A DNA stretch of 21,265 nt from Rhincodon typus (Eukaryota): positions 4,066,974 to 4,088,238 of the forward strand of contig NC_063380.1 in assembly GCF_021869965.1 (NCBI RefSeq), in the 5' to 3' direction. The notes under the pieces were generated by a model. It did no database searches and was not told the origin of the DNA. It saw only the letters and a program-made list of their open reading frames with translations. Shown one piece after another: positions 10,321-19,689 of this stretch (positions within the stretch are counted from its first letter, which is position 1; each line of letters starts with the position of its first letter). The position numbers and the translations under genes are program-made.

Positions 10321-10856
10321 ATCATAGACCCCTCCAACCCTGGTAATATTCTCTTCCTTCTGGCAGAAGATACAGAGACTCGAATACATACACCAACAGG
10401 TTCAAGAACAGCTTCTCTCCCCTCTGTTATTAGACTGCTAAACAGACCTCTCTAATGTCAAATTACTTTTTGTACACCTCCTGCGCAGTTGTAACATTGC
10501 ACACCTCAGTCTGTCTGGGTGCCTGTCCATCCGAAATAAAAACCGAAAGAACTGCGGATGCTGTAAATCAGGAACAACAACAAAGTTGCTGGAAAAGCTC
10601 AGCAGGTCTGGCAGCACCTGTGAAGGAGAAAACAGAGTTAACGTTTCAGGTCCGGTGACCCTTCCTCAAAACACGCACACTGAGGAAGGGTTCTGAGAAA
10701 GGATCATCGGACCCGAAATGTTAACTTTGGTTTTTCCTTCACAGATGCTGCCAGATCATGTCTGTCCTTGTTTGCTATGATCTGCGACTGCTGCTTGCAA
10801 AACAAAACTTTTCACTGTAGTTGGGTAGACATGACAACAATAAATCAAATCAAAAG
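10320..10856 (+). mobile_element. LINE family B (L2-type, ...IIDPSNPGNILF...SLPSVIRLLNRPL*) C-terminus plus 3'UTR ending ...cactgtagttgggtagacatgacaacaataaatcaaatcaaa; a hairpin repeat is embedded in the UTR
   Basis: It matches the minus-strand family B copy at 15893-17340 (KDPSHPGYTLF...NRFENSF and the same ...acatgtgacaacaataaatcaaac terminus). Confidence 0.6.
10540..10770. repeat. Full-length hairpin short repeat (arms about 95 nt; loop ...ggtgacccttcctcaaaacacgcacactgaggaagggtt...)
   Basis: The left arm gcggatgctgtaaatcagg...gctcagcaggtctggcagcacctgtgaaggagaaaacagagttaacgtttcaggtc is the reverse complement of the right arm gacccgaaatgttaactttggtttttccttcacagatgctgccagatcatgtctg. Confidence 0.65.
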
Positions 10857-11455
10857 CTTGCCTTTATGGATCAGTGCATCGAGTATAGAACATAGGACAG
10901 CACAACACAGGAATGGGCTCTTTGGCCCATGATGTTCTGTCAAACTTGATGCCAAATTAGACCATTCCCTTCTGCCTGCCCTTGGTCCATATCCCTTCAT
11001 CCCTTGCATATCCATGTACTTATCTAGAAGTCCCTTAAACACTCCTATCATATCTGCCTCCACCACCACCCCTGGCAGCGCATTCCAGTCTCCCACACAG
11101 TGTGTATAAAAAAAAACTTGCCTCTCACATCTCCTTTCAATATTCCCCCCTGTCACCTTAAATGCATGCCCCTTATAATTAGGCCTTTCAACTCTGGGAA
11201 AAAGATTCTGACCGTTATCCCTACCTCTGCATCTCATAACATTATAGACTTCTATCAAGTCTCCCCTCAGCCTCTGCCACACTAGAGAAAACAACCAGAG
11301 CTTTTCTAGCCTCTCCTTATAGCTTATACCCTCTTATCCAGGCAGCATCCTGCTAAACCTCTTCTGCACCCTCCCCAAAGCCTCCAAATCCATCCTGTAA
11401 TGTGGCGACCAGAATTGAATGCAATGCTCTAAGAGTGGCCGAACCAAAGTCTTAC
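10857..11455 (-). mobile_element. CR1-like LINE (family C) 3' portion: LVRPLLEHCIQFWSPHYRMDLEALGRVQKRFSRMLPGLEGISYKERLEKLWLFSLVWQRLRGDLIEVYNVM...FKGLLDKYMDMQGMKGYGP...
   Basis: This is the minus-strand ORF 10845-11294 and its upstream continuation. Its 3' end abuts the family B LINE 3' end tail to tail at about 10857. Confidence 0.7.
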
Positions 11456-12132
11456 ATACAAGTCAGGACGTCACGTACAGGACATTGGTGAGGCCACTTT
11501 TGGAATACTGCATTCGACTCTGGTCTCCCTGGTATAGGGAAGATGTCACGAGGAGTGGCAGATGGAGTTTAATTTAGCTAAGTGTAAGATGTTGCATTTT
11601 GGAAAGGCAAATCGGGGCAGGACTTATACACTTAATGGTAAGGTCCTGGGAAGTGTTGCTGAACAAAGAGACCTTGGAGTGCAGGTAGACAGGGTGGTGA
11701 AGGCGGCGTTTGGTACACTTTCCTTTATTGGTCAGAGCACTGAGTACAGGATTGGTTAGAGACAAAAAAAACTGCAGATGCTGGAATCCAAGGTAGACAA
11801 ACAGAAGGCTGGAAGAACACAGCAAGCCAGGCAACATCTGGAGCAAAGGAGCAGTCAATGTTTTGGGTATTACCCTTCCTCAGGGCTGGAGACCTGAAGA
11901 AGGGTAATGCCCAAAACCTTGACTTCTTCCTTTCTCCAGATGCTACCTGGCTTGCTGTGTTCTTCCAGCCTCCTGTTTGTCTGCATTGAGCTTAGCAGTT
12001 GGGAGGTCGTGTTGTGGCTGTAAATGTTAGACCACTTTTGGGACACTCCCTTCAATTCCAGTCTCCCTGCTGTAGGAAGGATGCTGTGAAACTCAAAAAG
12101 GTTCAGAAAAGAATTACAATGGATTTGCCAGG
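11445..12132 (+). mobile_element. CR1-like LINE (family C) 3' portion in inverted orientation: an LVRPLLEYCIRLWSPWYREDV fragment, then EWQMEFNLAKCKMLHFGKANRGRTYTLNGKVLGSVAEQRDLGVQV...FIGQSTEYR, interrupted by a hairpin repeat, then ...LVRP-like/CRKDAVKLKKVQKR...
   Basis: From the plus-strand translation. It shares a 19-bp core gtcaggacgtcacgtacag (11451-11469) with the minus-strand copy. Confidence 0.62.
11757..11965. repeat. Hairpin short repeat copy inserted in the LINE (aaaaaactgcagatgctggaatcc...ctggaagaacacagcaagccaggcaacatctggagcaaaggag / ctttctccagatgctacctggcttgctgtgttcttccagcc)
   Basis: The arms are reverse-complementary. It interrupts the LINE ORF between ...FIGQSTEYR and the downstream LINE sequence. 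Confidence 0.62.
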
Positions 12133-12905
12133 GTTTGAGCCATAGGGAGTGGCTGGGGTTATTTTCCCTGGAGCGTCAGAGGCTGAGGGGTGTCCTTATA
12201 GAGGTTTATAAAACGATGAGGGGCATGGATAGGGTAAATAAACCAGGTCTTTTCCCCAGGGTGGGGGAGCCCAGAACTAGAGGGGCATAGATTTAAGGTG
12301 AGAGGGGGAAAGTGTAAGGGTTTGAGCTACAGGGAGAGGCTGGATAGGCTGGGGCTATTTTCCCTGGAGCATCGGAGGCTGAGGGGGTGACCTTACAGAG
12401 GTTTATAAAACCATGAGGGGCACTGAGTAGGGTAAATAAACAAGGTCTTTTCCCCAGGGTGGAGGAGTCCAAAACTAGAGAAGCATAGGTTTAAGGTGAG
12501 AAGGGAAAGATTTAAAAGGATATGGAGAGGCTGAGGGGGTGACCTTATAGAGGTTTATAAAACCATGAGGGGCAATGGATAGGGTAAATAAACAAGGTCT
12601 TTTCCCCAGGGTAAGGGAATGTCAAGAACTAGAGGGGCATAGGTTTAAGGTTGGTGGGGAGGGGGGGGGGGATTTAAAAGGATATTGGAGGGTTTGAACT
12701 ACAGGGAGAGGCTGAGGGGGTGACCTTATAAAGGTTTATAGAACCACGAGGGGCAACGGAGGGGCAATGGCCAAGGAGCAGAGGGTCATAGGTTAAAGGT
12801 CAGAGAATAAAGGTTTTTAAAAAAGGATCCAAAGAGACATTTTCTTCAACACGCAGAGGGTGCCACGTGCTGCCAGAGGAAGTAATACAATCATAACATT
12901 TAAAA
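12133..12905 (+). repeat. Tandem array (about 4 units of 165-210 bp) derived from the CR1-like LINE 3' coding tail (...ERLG.FSLE.RRLRGDLIEVYK.MRG.DRVN.QGLFPRV.ES.TRGH.FKV.GE..K..)
   Basis: The unit gagaggctgagggggtgaccttatagaggtttataaaaccatgaggggca..ggatagggtaaataaacaaggtcttttccccagggt...agaactagaggggcataggtttaaggt... starts again near 12133, 12311, 12521 and 12686. The last unit runs on into ...FFNTQRVPRAARGSNTIITFKK, close to the LINE C-terminal motif, and stops 27 bp from the putative exon-1 donor. A G11 run lies at 12661-12671. Confidence 0.7.
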
Positions 12906-13260
12906 AGGCGTCCTTTCAGTTAGTCTCTTACCTGTTTTTTCTCCCCTCGCCGGCCAGAACGGGTTCTCTCACTCATCCCAACCGCCGCCCGATTCAAATC
13001 TGACCAGAGCCCCGCCCCCCGGCTCCCGAGCGCCTCATCTGACTGGTCCGCTGCCCCGTCGTCACCCCAACTCTATTGGCCGCCATGCGCAGGCCCGCCC
13101 CCATAACGGAAGGGGCGGCTCGCCGCCTCCGGTTGGCCGAAGTACACGTCAATCGTAGACACGCCCACCTTCCCATTGGGCGGGCGTCCCAGTTGGTCAC
13201 GTGCCACGGCACCCATTGGACGCTTCAACCGTCTATCATCTGTACCGCGACCTGTTCCCC
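12900..13260 (-). promoter_or_regulatory. CpG island with 3 CCAAT boxes plus CHR (TTTGAA) and GC boxes; candidate cell-cycle (G2/M-type) promoter oriented toward the minus-strand kinesin gene
   Basis: The segment is very CpG dense in an otherwise CpG-poor window. Plus-strand ATTGG (minus-strand CCAAT) sits at 13075-13079, 13175-13179 and 13215-13219. TTCAAA (minus-strand TTTGAA, the CHR) is at 12993-12998. Sp1-like ccccgcccccc is at 13010-13020 and gggcggg at 13179-13185. Confidence 0.4.
12932..12995 (-). other. KIF22: Putative non-coding exon 1 (5'UTR) of the kinesin gene; the TSS end is not defined
   Basis: Minus strand reads ...gggagaaaaaacag|gtaagagactaactg, a consensus donor at 12932/12931-12930, immediately downstream of a CHR element and three CCAAT boxes. 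The ATG exon at 9152 starts at a strong acceptor, which implies an upstream exon. Confidence 0.3.
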
Positions 13261-13261
13261 T

Positions 13262-13445
13262 CTGAGATAGGAGGAACTGCAGATGCTGGAGAATCTGAGA
13301 TAACAAGGTGTAGAGCTGGATGAACACAGCAGGCCAAGCAGCATCATAGGAGCAGGAAGGCTGACGTTTCGGGCCTAGACCCTTCTTCAGAAAATGATGC
13401 TGCTTGGCCTGCTGTGTTCATCCAGCTCTACACCCTGTTATCTCT
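13262..13445. repeat. Full hairpin short repeat copy inserted in the CpG island (ggaactgcagatgctggagaatctgagataacaaggtgtagagctggatgaacacagcaggccaagcagcatc ... gatgctgcttggcctgctgtgttcatccagctctacaccctgttatctc)
   Basis: The arms are perfect or near-perfect reverse complements. Confidence 0.68.
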
Positions 13446-13960
13446 GTTCCCCTCTGATATTGGATTTACCGGAACGCCCGCCCCTCCAGGCCCGCGCCTG
13501 CAACCCACTGGTTATTCCTCAATACATTCTTCCAATCGGATTGGAAGATTCTGTTGTCAGTCACCAGTCTTGCTGCCCGTCTCATTCGCCTCCCGCCCCT
13601 AATGGTTTACATTGGTCGATCCAACCATCCATCATTCACGCTTCCCACCCATCCGGTACTACCTGTCAATCAACTCTCGGACCTGCCTCCTGCGGATGGG
13701 ACTGCTTTTTGACCTTTCCCCGCCCCTTCCGCTGTGCTGATGTCACCTCCCATTAGTTTGTCCTGGTGTCAATCACCGAATCCTGTCCTCCATTGGTTTC
13801 TGCAGCTGCCCATCAGCGGAACGGCCCAAGCGGAGGAGACGGGACATTCCTGTTCCCTCCCACATTCAGACTTCCTGTTCCCTCCCACATTCAGACTGAG
13901 GAGTCTCCAAATAGTTTGCCTCCAAACAAAGTCGCTGCTTCAATAACTCCTTCTCACTTC
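13446..13960. promoter_or_regulatory. Second GC-rich block carrying a palindromic CCAAT pair (cttccaatcggattggaag, about 13536-13554), further ATTGG/CCAAT boxes, TGATGTCA, and a 2x tandem 24-bp motif (tcctgttccctcccacattcagact, 13845-13892)
   Basis: Read directly from the sequence. It is separated from the 12900-13260 island by a hairpin-repeat insertion. Confidence 0.25.
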
Positions 13961-14091
13961 CTCAGTCTCTCTGCATTCTTATCTATCATTTTCTGTAGGA
14001 CTTCTGTCGCAGTGGTAAGCATTATTACTGCCAGAGCTATTACTCTCAGGATTGTTACCGTGAACCAGTTCCTGCTATCAGGAGTAGAGAT

Positions 14092-14175
14092 AGTAGGAAC
14101 TGCAGATGCTGGAGAATCCGAGACAACAAGGTGCAGGGCTGGATGAACACAGCAGGCCAAGCAGCATCAGGAGTA
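14092..14175. repeat. Partial hairpin short repeat (left arm only) inside the minisatellite
   Basis: gtaggaactgcagatgctggagaatccgagacaacaaggtgcagggctggatgaacacagcaggccaagcagcatc. Confidence 0.55.
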
Positions 14176-14354
14176 TTGCTTTGTGCCTGTATTATTACTA
14201 ACAGGATTATTACTGTCAGGAGTATTGGTCTGTGTCAAAGTTATTACTGCCAGAGTAATTTTTATCAGGAGTATTACTGTTAGAATTATGTCTGTCGGGA
14301 GTATTACTGACAGAGTGATTGCTATCTGGAATATTATTGCCAGAATTATTACTA

Positions 14355-14495
14355 GGAGCTAGCAAGAACTGCAGGTGCTGGAAGTTCAGAGTCAATACAG
14401 TGTGAGCTGGAGGAACACAGCAGGTCAGGCAGCATCAGAGGAGCAGGAAAGTCAATTTTTCAGATTGGGACCCTTCGTCAGGATGGAATTATTAC
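14355..14495. repeat. Partial hairpin short repeat (left arm plus loop) inside the minisatellite
   Basis: gcaagaactgcaggtgctggaagttcagag...gagctggaggaacacagcaggtcaggcagcatcagaggagcaggaaagtcaatttttcag. Confidence 0.5.
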
Positions 14496-14769
14496 TATCA
14501 ATTGTATTACAGTCTGTCACTTATTACTAACAGGAATATTATGATGTGCTAGTGTTGTTACTGACAGGATTAGTTCTGTGAAATTTATTCTTGTCAACAG
14601 TATTTCTGTCAAAGTTACCCTATCAGGAGGATTTCCATCCAAGATATCCCTGCTTGGAGTTCTATTTCCAGAGTTACTATTGGCAGGAGTTTTACTGCTA
14701 GAATTATTACTATCATGTGTGTTACTGTCTCAGAGGAATTACTATCAGAATTATTGCTATCAAAAGTCA

Positions 14770-15715
14770 CAGTGATCAGGGGGGATTTCAATATGCAGGT
14801 GGACTGGGAAAATCATGTTGGCAGTGGATTGCAAGAAAAGGAGTTTGTGGAATGTCTACGAGATGGCTTTTTGGAGCAGCTCGTGGTGGAGCCCACAAGG
14901 GAACAGGCAATACTGGATTTAGTGTTGTGCAAATTGGCAGATTTGATAAAGGAGCTTAAGGTGAAGGAACCCTTAGGAGGCAGTGATCATAAGATGATAG
15001 AATTTACTCTGCAATTTGAGAGGGAGAAGATAGAATCAGAGGTAACGGTATTACAGCTGAATAAAGGCAACTACAGAGGCATGAGGGAGGAGCTGGGCAG
15101 AATTGACTGGAAGATGAGCCTAGCGGGAATGACAGTGGAACAGCAATGGCAGGAGTTTCTGGGAGTAATTCAGGAGACACAGCAAAAATTCATATCTCAG
15201 GAAGGATGTACTGGCCCTGGAGCAGGTTCAGAGGAGGTTCACGAAAATGGTCCCAGGAATGGAAAGCTTAACGTACGAGGAACGTTTGAGGACTCTGGGT
15301 CTATACTCGTTGGAGTTTAGACAGATGAGGGGGGATCTAATTGAAATTTTCAGAATACTGAATGGCCTGGACAAAGTGGATGTTGGGAAGATGCTTCTAT
15401 TGGTAGGAGAGACTAGGACCCAAGGGAACAGCCTTAGAGTAAAGGGAAGACCTTTTAGAATGGAGATAAGGAGAAACCCCTTCAGCCAGAGAGTGGTGAA
15501 TCTATGGAATTCACTGCCACAGAAGGCTGTGGAGGCCAGGTCATTGAGTACATTTAAGACTGAGATAGATAGGTTCTTTATTAACAAGGGGATCAAGGGT
15601 TACAGGGAGAAAGCAGGAGAATGGGGTTGAGGAACTTATCAGCCATGATTGACTGGTGGAGCAGACTCGGTGGGCCGAATGGCCTAATTTCTGCTCCTAT
15701 GTCTTATGGTCTTAA
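14770..15715 (+). mobile_element. Internally deleted CR1-like LINE: the ORF2 endonuclease C-terminal fragment (GDFNMQVDWENHVG...LGGSDHKMIEF...) is fused directly to the 3' end (EERLRTLGLYSLEFRQMRGDLIEIFRILNGLDKVD...FKTEIDRFFINKGIKGY... ggccgaatggcctaatttctgctcctatgtcttatggtc)
   Basis: ORFs 14715-15320 and 15247-15630. The SDH motif is the C-terminal motif of APE-type endonucleases, and there is no RT core between the EN fragment and the tail. Confidence 0.7.
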
Positions 15716-15892
15716 AATTATTACTTTCAAGAGAATTACTGCCAGTTATTCCTAACAGGATTATTACTGTTAGAGTTCTTACTATCAGCATTATTACTGT
15801 CAGCTAGAGTTATCAAGATTATTACTGTCATATTTTTCTTATCAGGAGTATTACTTTGAGATTGTAACTGTCAGAATTATTTCTGTTTGAGT

Positions 15893-17340
15893 TTGATTTA
15901 TTGTTGTCACATGTACTGAGATACAATGACAAGTGTTGTTTTGTGTATTAGACAGGCAGATTGTACAATACAAAGTGCATCAGGGTAGCAGAACAGAGGG
16001 CAGAAATGTAGTGTTACAGCCGCAGGAAAGGCACAGAAAAGGAGAGATCAACATTAACATTTGAAAGTGTGATAAGAAGCTGTTCTCAAATCTGTTTGTA
16101 CATGTGTTCAAACTTTTATGCCTTATGCCGGATGGAAGAGGTAGGAAGAGAGTGTAACCGGGGTGGGAGGGGTCTTTGATGATGTTGGTTGCTTTCCCAA
16201 GGCAGTGGGAAGTGTAGATGGAGCCAGTGGATGGAAGGCTGGCTTGTGTGATGGACTGGGCTGTGCTCACAACTCTCTGTCGTTTCTTGTGGTCCTGTGG
16301 TATAGCAACTGTTCTTCCCGCTCTGATGCATCCAGATGGAATGCTTGCTTATGGTGCCTCTATAAAAATTGTTAAGAGTCCTTGTGGACGTGCTGAATTT
16401 CCGTAGCCTCCTGAGGAAGTAGCTGCGTTGTTGTGCCTTCTTGGCCATTGTGTCAACATGGATGGACGTGGCCAGATTGTTGGGTGATCATCGCCTCCCA
16501 GGAACATGACACTCTCGACCGTCTCTATCTCAGCACCATTGGTGCAGACCAGGGCATGTCCTCCACCCCGCTTCCTGACGTCAGTGACCAGCTCCTTCAT
16601 TTTGCTGACATTGGTGGAGAGATTGGTGTCTTAACACCATGTCGCTATGCACTCGGTCTCTTTCCTGTGTCCTGTCTCGTCGTTGTTTAAGACCCGACCT
16701 ACAACAGCAGTGTCATCAGCAAACCTAAATGGAGTTGGAGCGGAATTTGGCCATGGGTGTATAAGGAGTGTGGTAAGGGTATGCAGCCCCGTGGAGCACT
16801 GGTGTTGAGGTATATGGTGGAGGAGGTGTTGTCGCCTAATCTCACTGTCTATGGGTCAGAAAGTCCAGCTACAGAGGTGGGTGGGGGGGGTGGTGTGGAG
16901 CCGAGACCTAGGGCTCAGGGTTTGGAGATGCCTTTGTTTGGGATTATGGCGTTGAAGACGGAGCTGTAGTCCAAGAGTAGACTTGTCATTCAGATGCAGC
17001 GGGGATGAGCATAGGGCCAGGGAGATGGGGTCTGCCATGGGCCCATTGCGCCGGTAGGCACATTGTCTTGATCCTTTGCAATCTGGGAGGCTGGCGTTAA
17101 TATGAGCCCTGACTTAACTCTCGAAGCACTTCATAACGATGGAGGTGAGGGCAGTAGTCTGCATGACTTTTCTTCGGCACCGGGATGATGGCAGCCTCCC
17201 TGCAGCGGGTGGGGACTTCGGATCAGAGTAAGGAGGGGTTAAAGATATCAGCGAATACCAGCAGCCAGCCTGTCCACACAGGATCTGAGCGCGTAGCCCG
17301 GGACTCTCTATCCAGGGCCTGCCGCTTCTCGTGGGTTTTC
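15893..17340 (-). mobile_element. Internally deleted L2-type LINE (family B). The RT N-terminus (...NPGKPTRSGRPWIESPGLRAQ...ALTSIVMKCFE) is joined to the C-terminus (...LVTDVRKRGGGHALVCTNGAEIETVESV...MAKKAQQRSYFLRRLRKFSTSTRTLNNFYRGTI...KDPSHPGYTLFLPLPSG...NRFENSF)
   Basis: Minus-strand ORFs 17114-17398, 16349-16600, 16116-16448 and 15980-16270. The 3' terminus ...acatgtgacaacaataaatcaaac lies at about 15895-15950. Confidence 0.7.
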
Positions 17341-17514
17341 CAGGGTTAATGTTTTTGCGATTACTACTGTCAGAGTTATCACTATCCAGCTTTATCACTT
17401 GTCTGTCAGTGTTCTTTCTGTCTGCCTGGATTGTTACTGGTGGAATGTTTCAAGGGCGCGACCAAGTGTTTGGATGAGGGTGGGGCACTAGAACTGGCTT
17501 TGTATGGATTTCAG

Positions 17515-18150
17515 CAAGGCGTTTGACATGGGAAGCTGATAGACTCACACAGCTCGGAAACAGACCCTTCTGTCCAACCAGGTCATGCTGAGAGTAATCG
17601 CGAACTAAACTAGTCCCAACTGCCTGCACTTGGCCCATATCGCTTCAAACATTTCCTATTCATGTACTTATCTAAGTGCCTTTTAAATATTACAATTGTA
17701 AGCGCAACCACCAATTACTCAGGACATTTATTCCACATGCAAACCATTCTCTATCTTAAAAAAAAAAGTTGCCCCCATGTCTTTGTTAAATCTTTCTCCT
17801 TTCACCTTAAAAATATGTTCCCTAGGCTTGGAAACCATCCCCCACCCTAGGGAACAGATACCTGCCATTCACCTTATCTATACCCTCTCGTTATTTCATA
17901 AACCTTTATAAGGTCACCTCTCAATCTCCTATGCTCTAGTGAAAAAGTCCCAGCTTATCCCGCCTCTCCATATAACTCAAACCCTCCATTCCCGGCAACA
18001 TCCTGGTAAATCTCTTCTGTACCCTTTCCAGTACCTTTCCTACAACTGGGAGACCAGAACTGGACACAGTGCTCCAGAAGAGGCCTCACCAATGTGCTGT
18101 ACGATCTCAACACGACGTCCCCAACTCCTACACTCAAAGGTCTGAGCAAT
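17515..18150 (-). mobile_element. CR1-like LINE (family C) 3' portion (TLVRPLLEHCVQFWSPSCRK...LGLFSLEHRRLRGDLIKVYEI...FKRHLDKYMNRK...), with a small plus-strand RT fragment (...ALYGFQQGV, the YMDFSKAFD motif) at 17450-17525
   Basis: Minus-strand ORF 17955-18149 and the downstream translation. The terminus is ...ctgtttccgagctgtgtgagtctatcagc. Confidence 0.6.
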
Positions 18151-18159
18151 GAAGGTAAA

Positions 18160-18258
18160 GAAGGTAAAAGTTATTGGGTTTCAGGGTAATTTAGCAAGTT
18201 GGAATCAAAATCAGCTTTGTGACGGGACACAGAGGGTAGAGGTAAAAGGCAAAAGACA
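18160..18258 (+). mobile_element. Short LINE RT fragment (KVIGFQGNLASWNQNQLCDGTQRVEVKG, similar to ...HGI.G.LL.WI.NWL..R.QRV.V.G)
   Basis: Read from the plus-strand translation. It is inverted relative to the adjacent minus-strand LINE piece. Confidence 0.35.
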
Positions 18259-18294
18259 GGATTATTACTGTCAGAGGTATTGCTCTCAGAGCTA

Positions 18295-19430
18295 AACTCC
18301 TGAGGTGAGGTGAGAGTGACAGCCCTTGACGTCAAGGCTGCGTTCGACCGAGTGTGGCATCACAGAGCCCTAGCAAAACTGGAATCAATGCCAATCAGGG
18401 GGCAAACTCTCTGCTGGTTGGAGTCACACCTGACACAGAGGAAGATGGTCATGGTTGTTGGAGGTCAATCATCTCAGCTCTGGGACATCTCTGCTGGAGT
18501 TCCTCAGGGTAGTGTCTTAGGCCCAACCATCTTCAGCTGCTTCATCAATGACCTTCCCTCCATCATAAGGTCAGAAGTGGGGGATGTTCACCGATGGTTA
18601 CACAATGTTCAGCACCATTTGTGACTCCTCAGATACTGAAGCGGTCCGTGTTCACATGCAACAAGATCGGGACAATATCCAGGCTTGGGCTGACAAGTGG
18701 CAAGTAACATTCGCGCCACACAAATACCAGGCCAGGACCATGACCAATAAGAGACAATCTAACTGCCATTGACGTTCAGTGGTGTTACCATCCCTGAATC
18801 TACCCATTATCAATATCCTGGGGGTTGCCATTGACCAGAATCTCAACTGGACTCCCCACATAAACATGAGCAGGTCAGAGGTTAGGAATACTGTAGCAAG
18901 AAACTGACATCCTGACTGTCCACTTGCCTGGATGAATGGACCTCCAACAACAGTCAAGAAGCTTGACATCATCCAGGACAAAGTAGCCTGGATTGGCACC
19001 ACATCCACAAACATCCCACTCCACCCGCCACCACCGAAGCTCAGTTGCAGCAGTGTGTACCATCTACAAGATGCCCTGCAGAAATTCACCAAAGACCCTC
19101 AGGCAGCATCTTCCAAACCCCACGGCCACTTCCATCCAGAAGGACAAGGGGCAGCAGATACACGGGAACACCAGCCCCCTGCAAGTTCCCCTTTGAACCA
19201 CTCTTAATCCTGACTTGGAAATATATCGCCGTTCCCTCAATGTGGCTGGGTCACAATCCTCGAATTCCCTTCCTAAGAGACACTGTGGGTCTACCCACAG
19301 CTTATGGACTGCAGCGGTTCAAAAAGGGAGCTCACCACTATCTTTTCAAGGGGCTGCTAGGGACAGGCAATAAATGCTGGGCCTAGCCAGTGATGCCCAC
19401 ATCCCACAGATGTATTAAAAAAAATTGTTA
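18295..19430 (+). mobile_element. LINE family A 3' half (RT ...LDVKAAFDRVWH...QRKMVMVVGGQSSQ...GVPQGSVLGPTIFSCFINDLP...MFTDGYTMF[FADD-box degenerate]...SVAAVCTIYKM... to the 3'UTR ...ggcaataaatgctgggcctagccagtgatgcccacatcccacagatgtattaaaaaaaa)
   Basis: ORFs 18310-18624, 18584-18772, 18993-19196 and 19045-19386. It is colinear with the minus-strand copy at 9205-10320 and ends in an A-rich tail. Confidence 0.72.
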
Positions 19431-19689
19431 CTGTCTGCCAGAGGTATCACTCTCAGGATTATTACCGCCTGTCCGAATTATTACTGTCAACTATTTCTAC
19501 CTGGCTTTTTACTGTTAACCAGGGCTATTACTGTCAAGATTATTCCTAGTAGGATTATTACACTCATTCCAAAAGTGTCAGAACTATTACTGTCTGCATA
19601 GCTTACCTACTGCCATGAATATTACTGACTGCCAAGATTATTACAATTAGGAGTTTCTTTTATTTTTTGCTGACAGCATTAATACCATT

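Noticed and set aside
13076-13270. ORF MAAMRRPAPITEGAARRLRLAEVHVNRRH... with a Kozak-like gccgccATGc
   Set aside because: It lies wholly inside the CpG island, has Arg/Ala-rich composition typical of GC-rich non-coding DNA, has no recognisable domain, and ends without a convincing donor. It is more likely promoter sequence. It remains a weak possibility as a divergent first exon.
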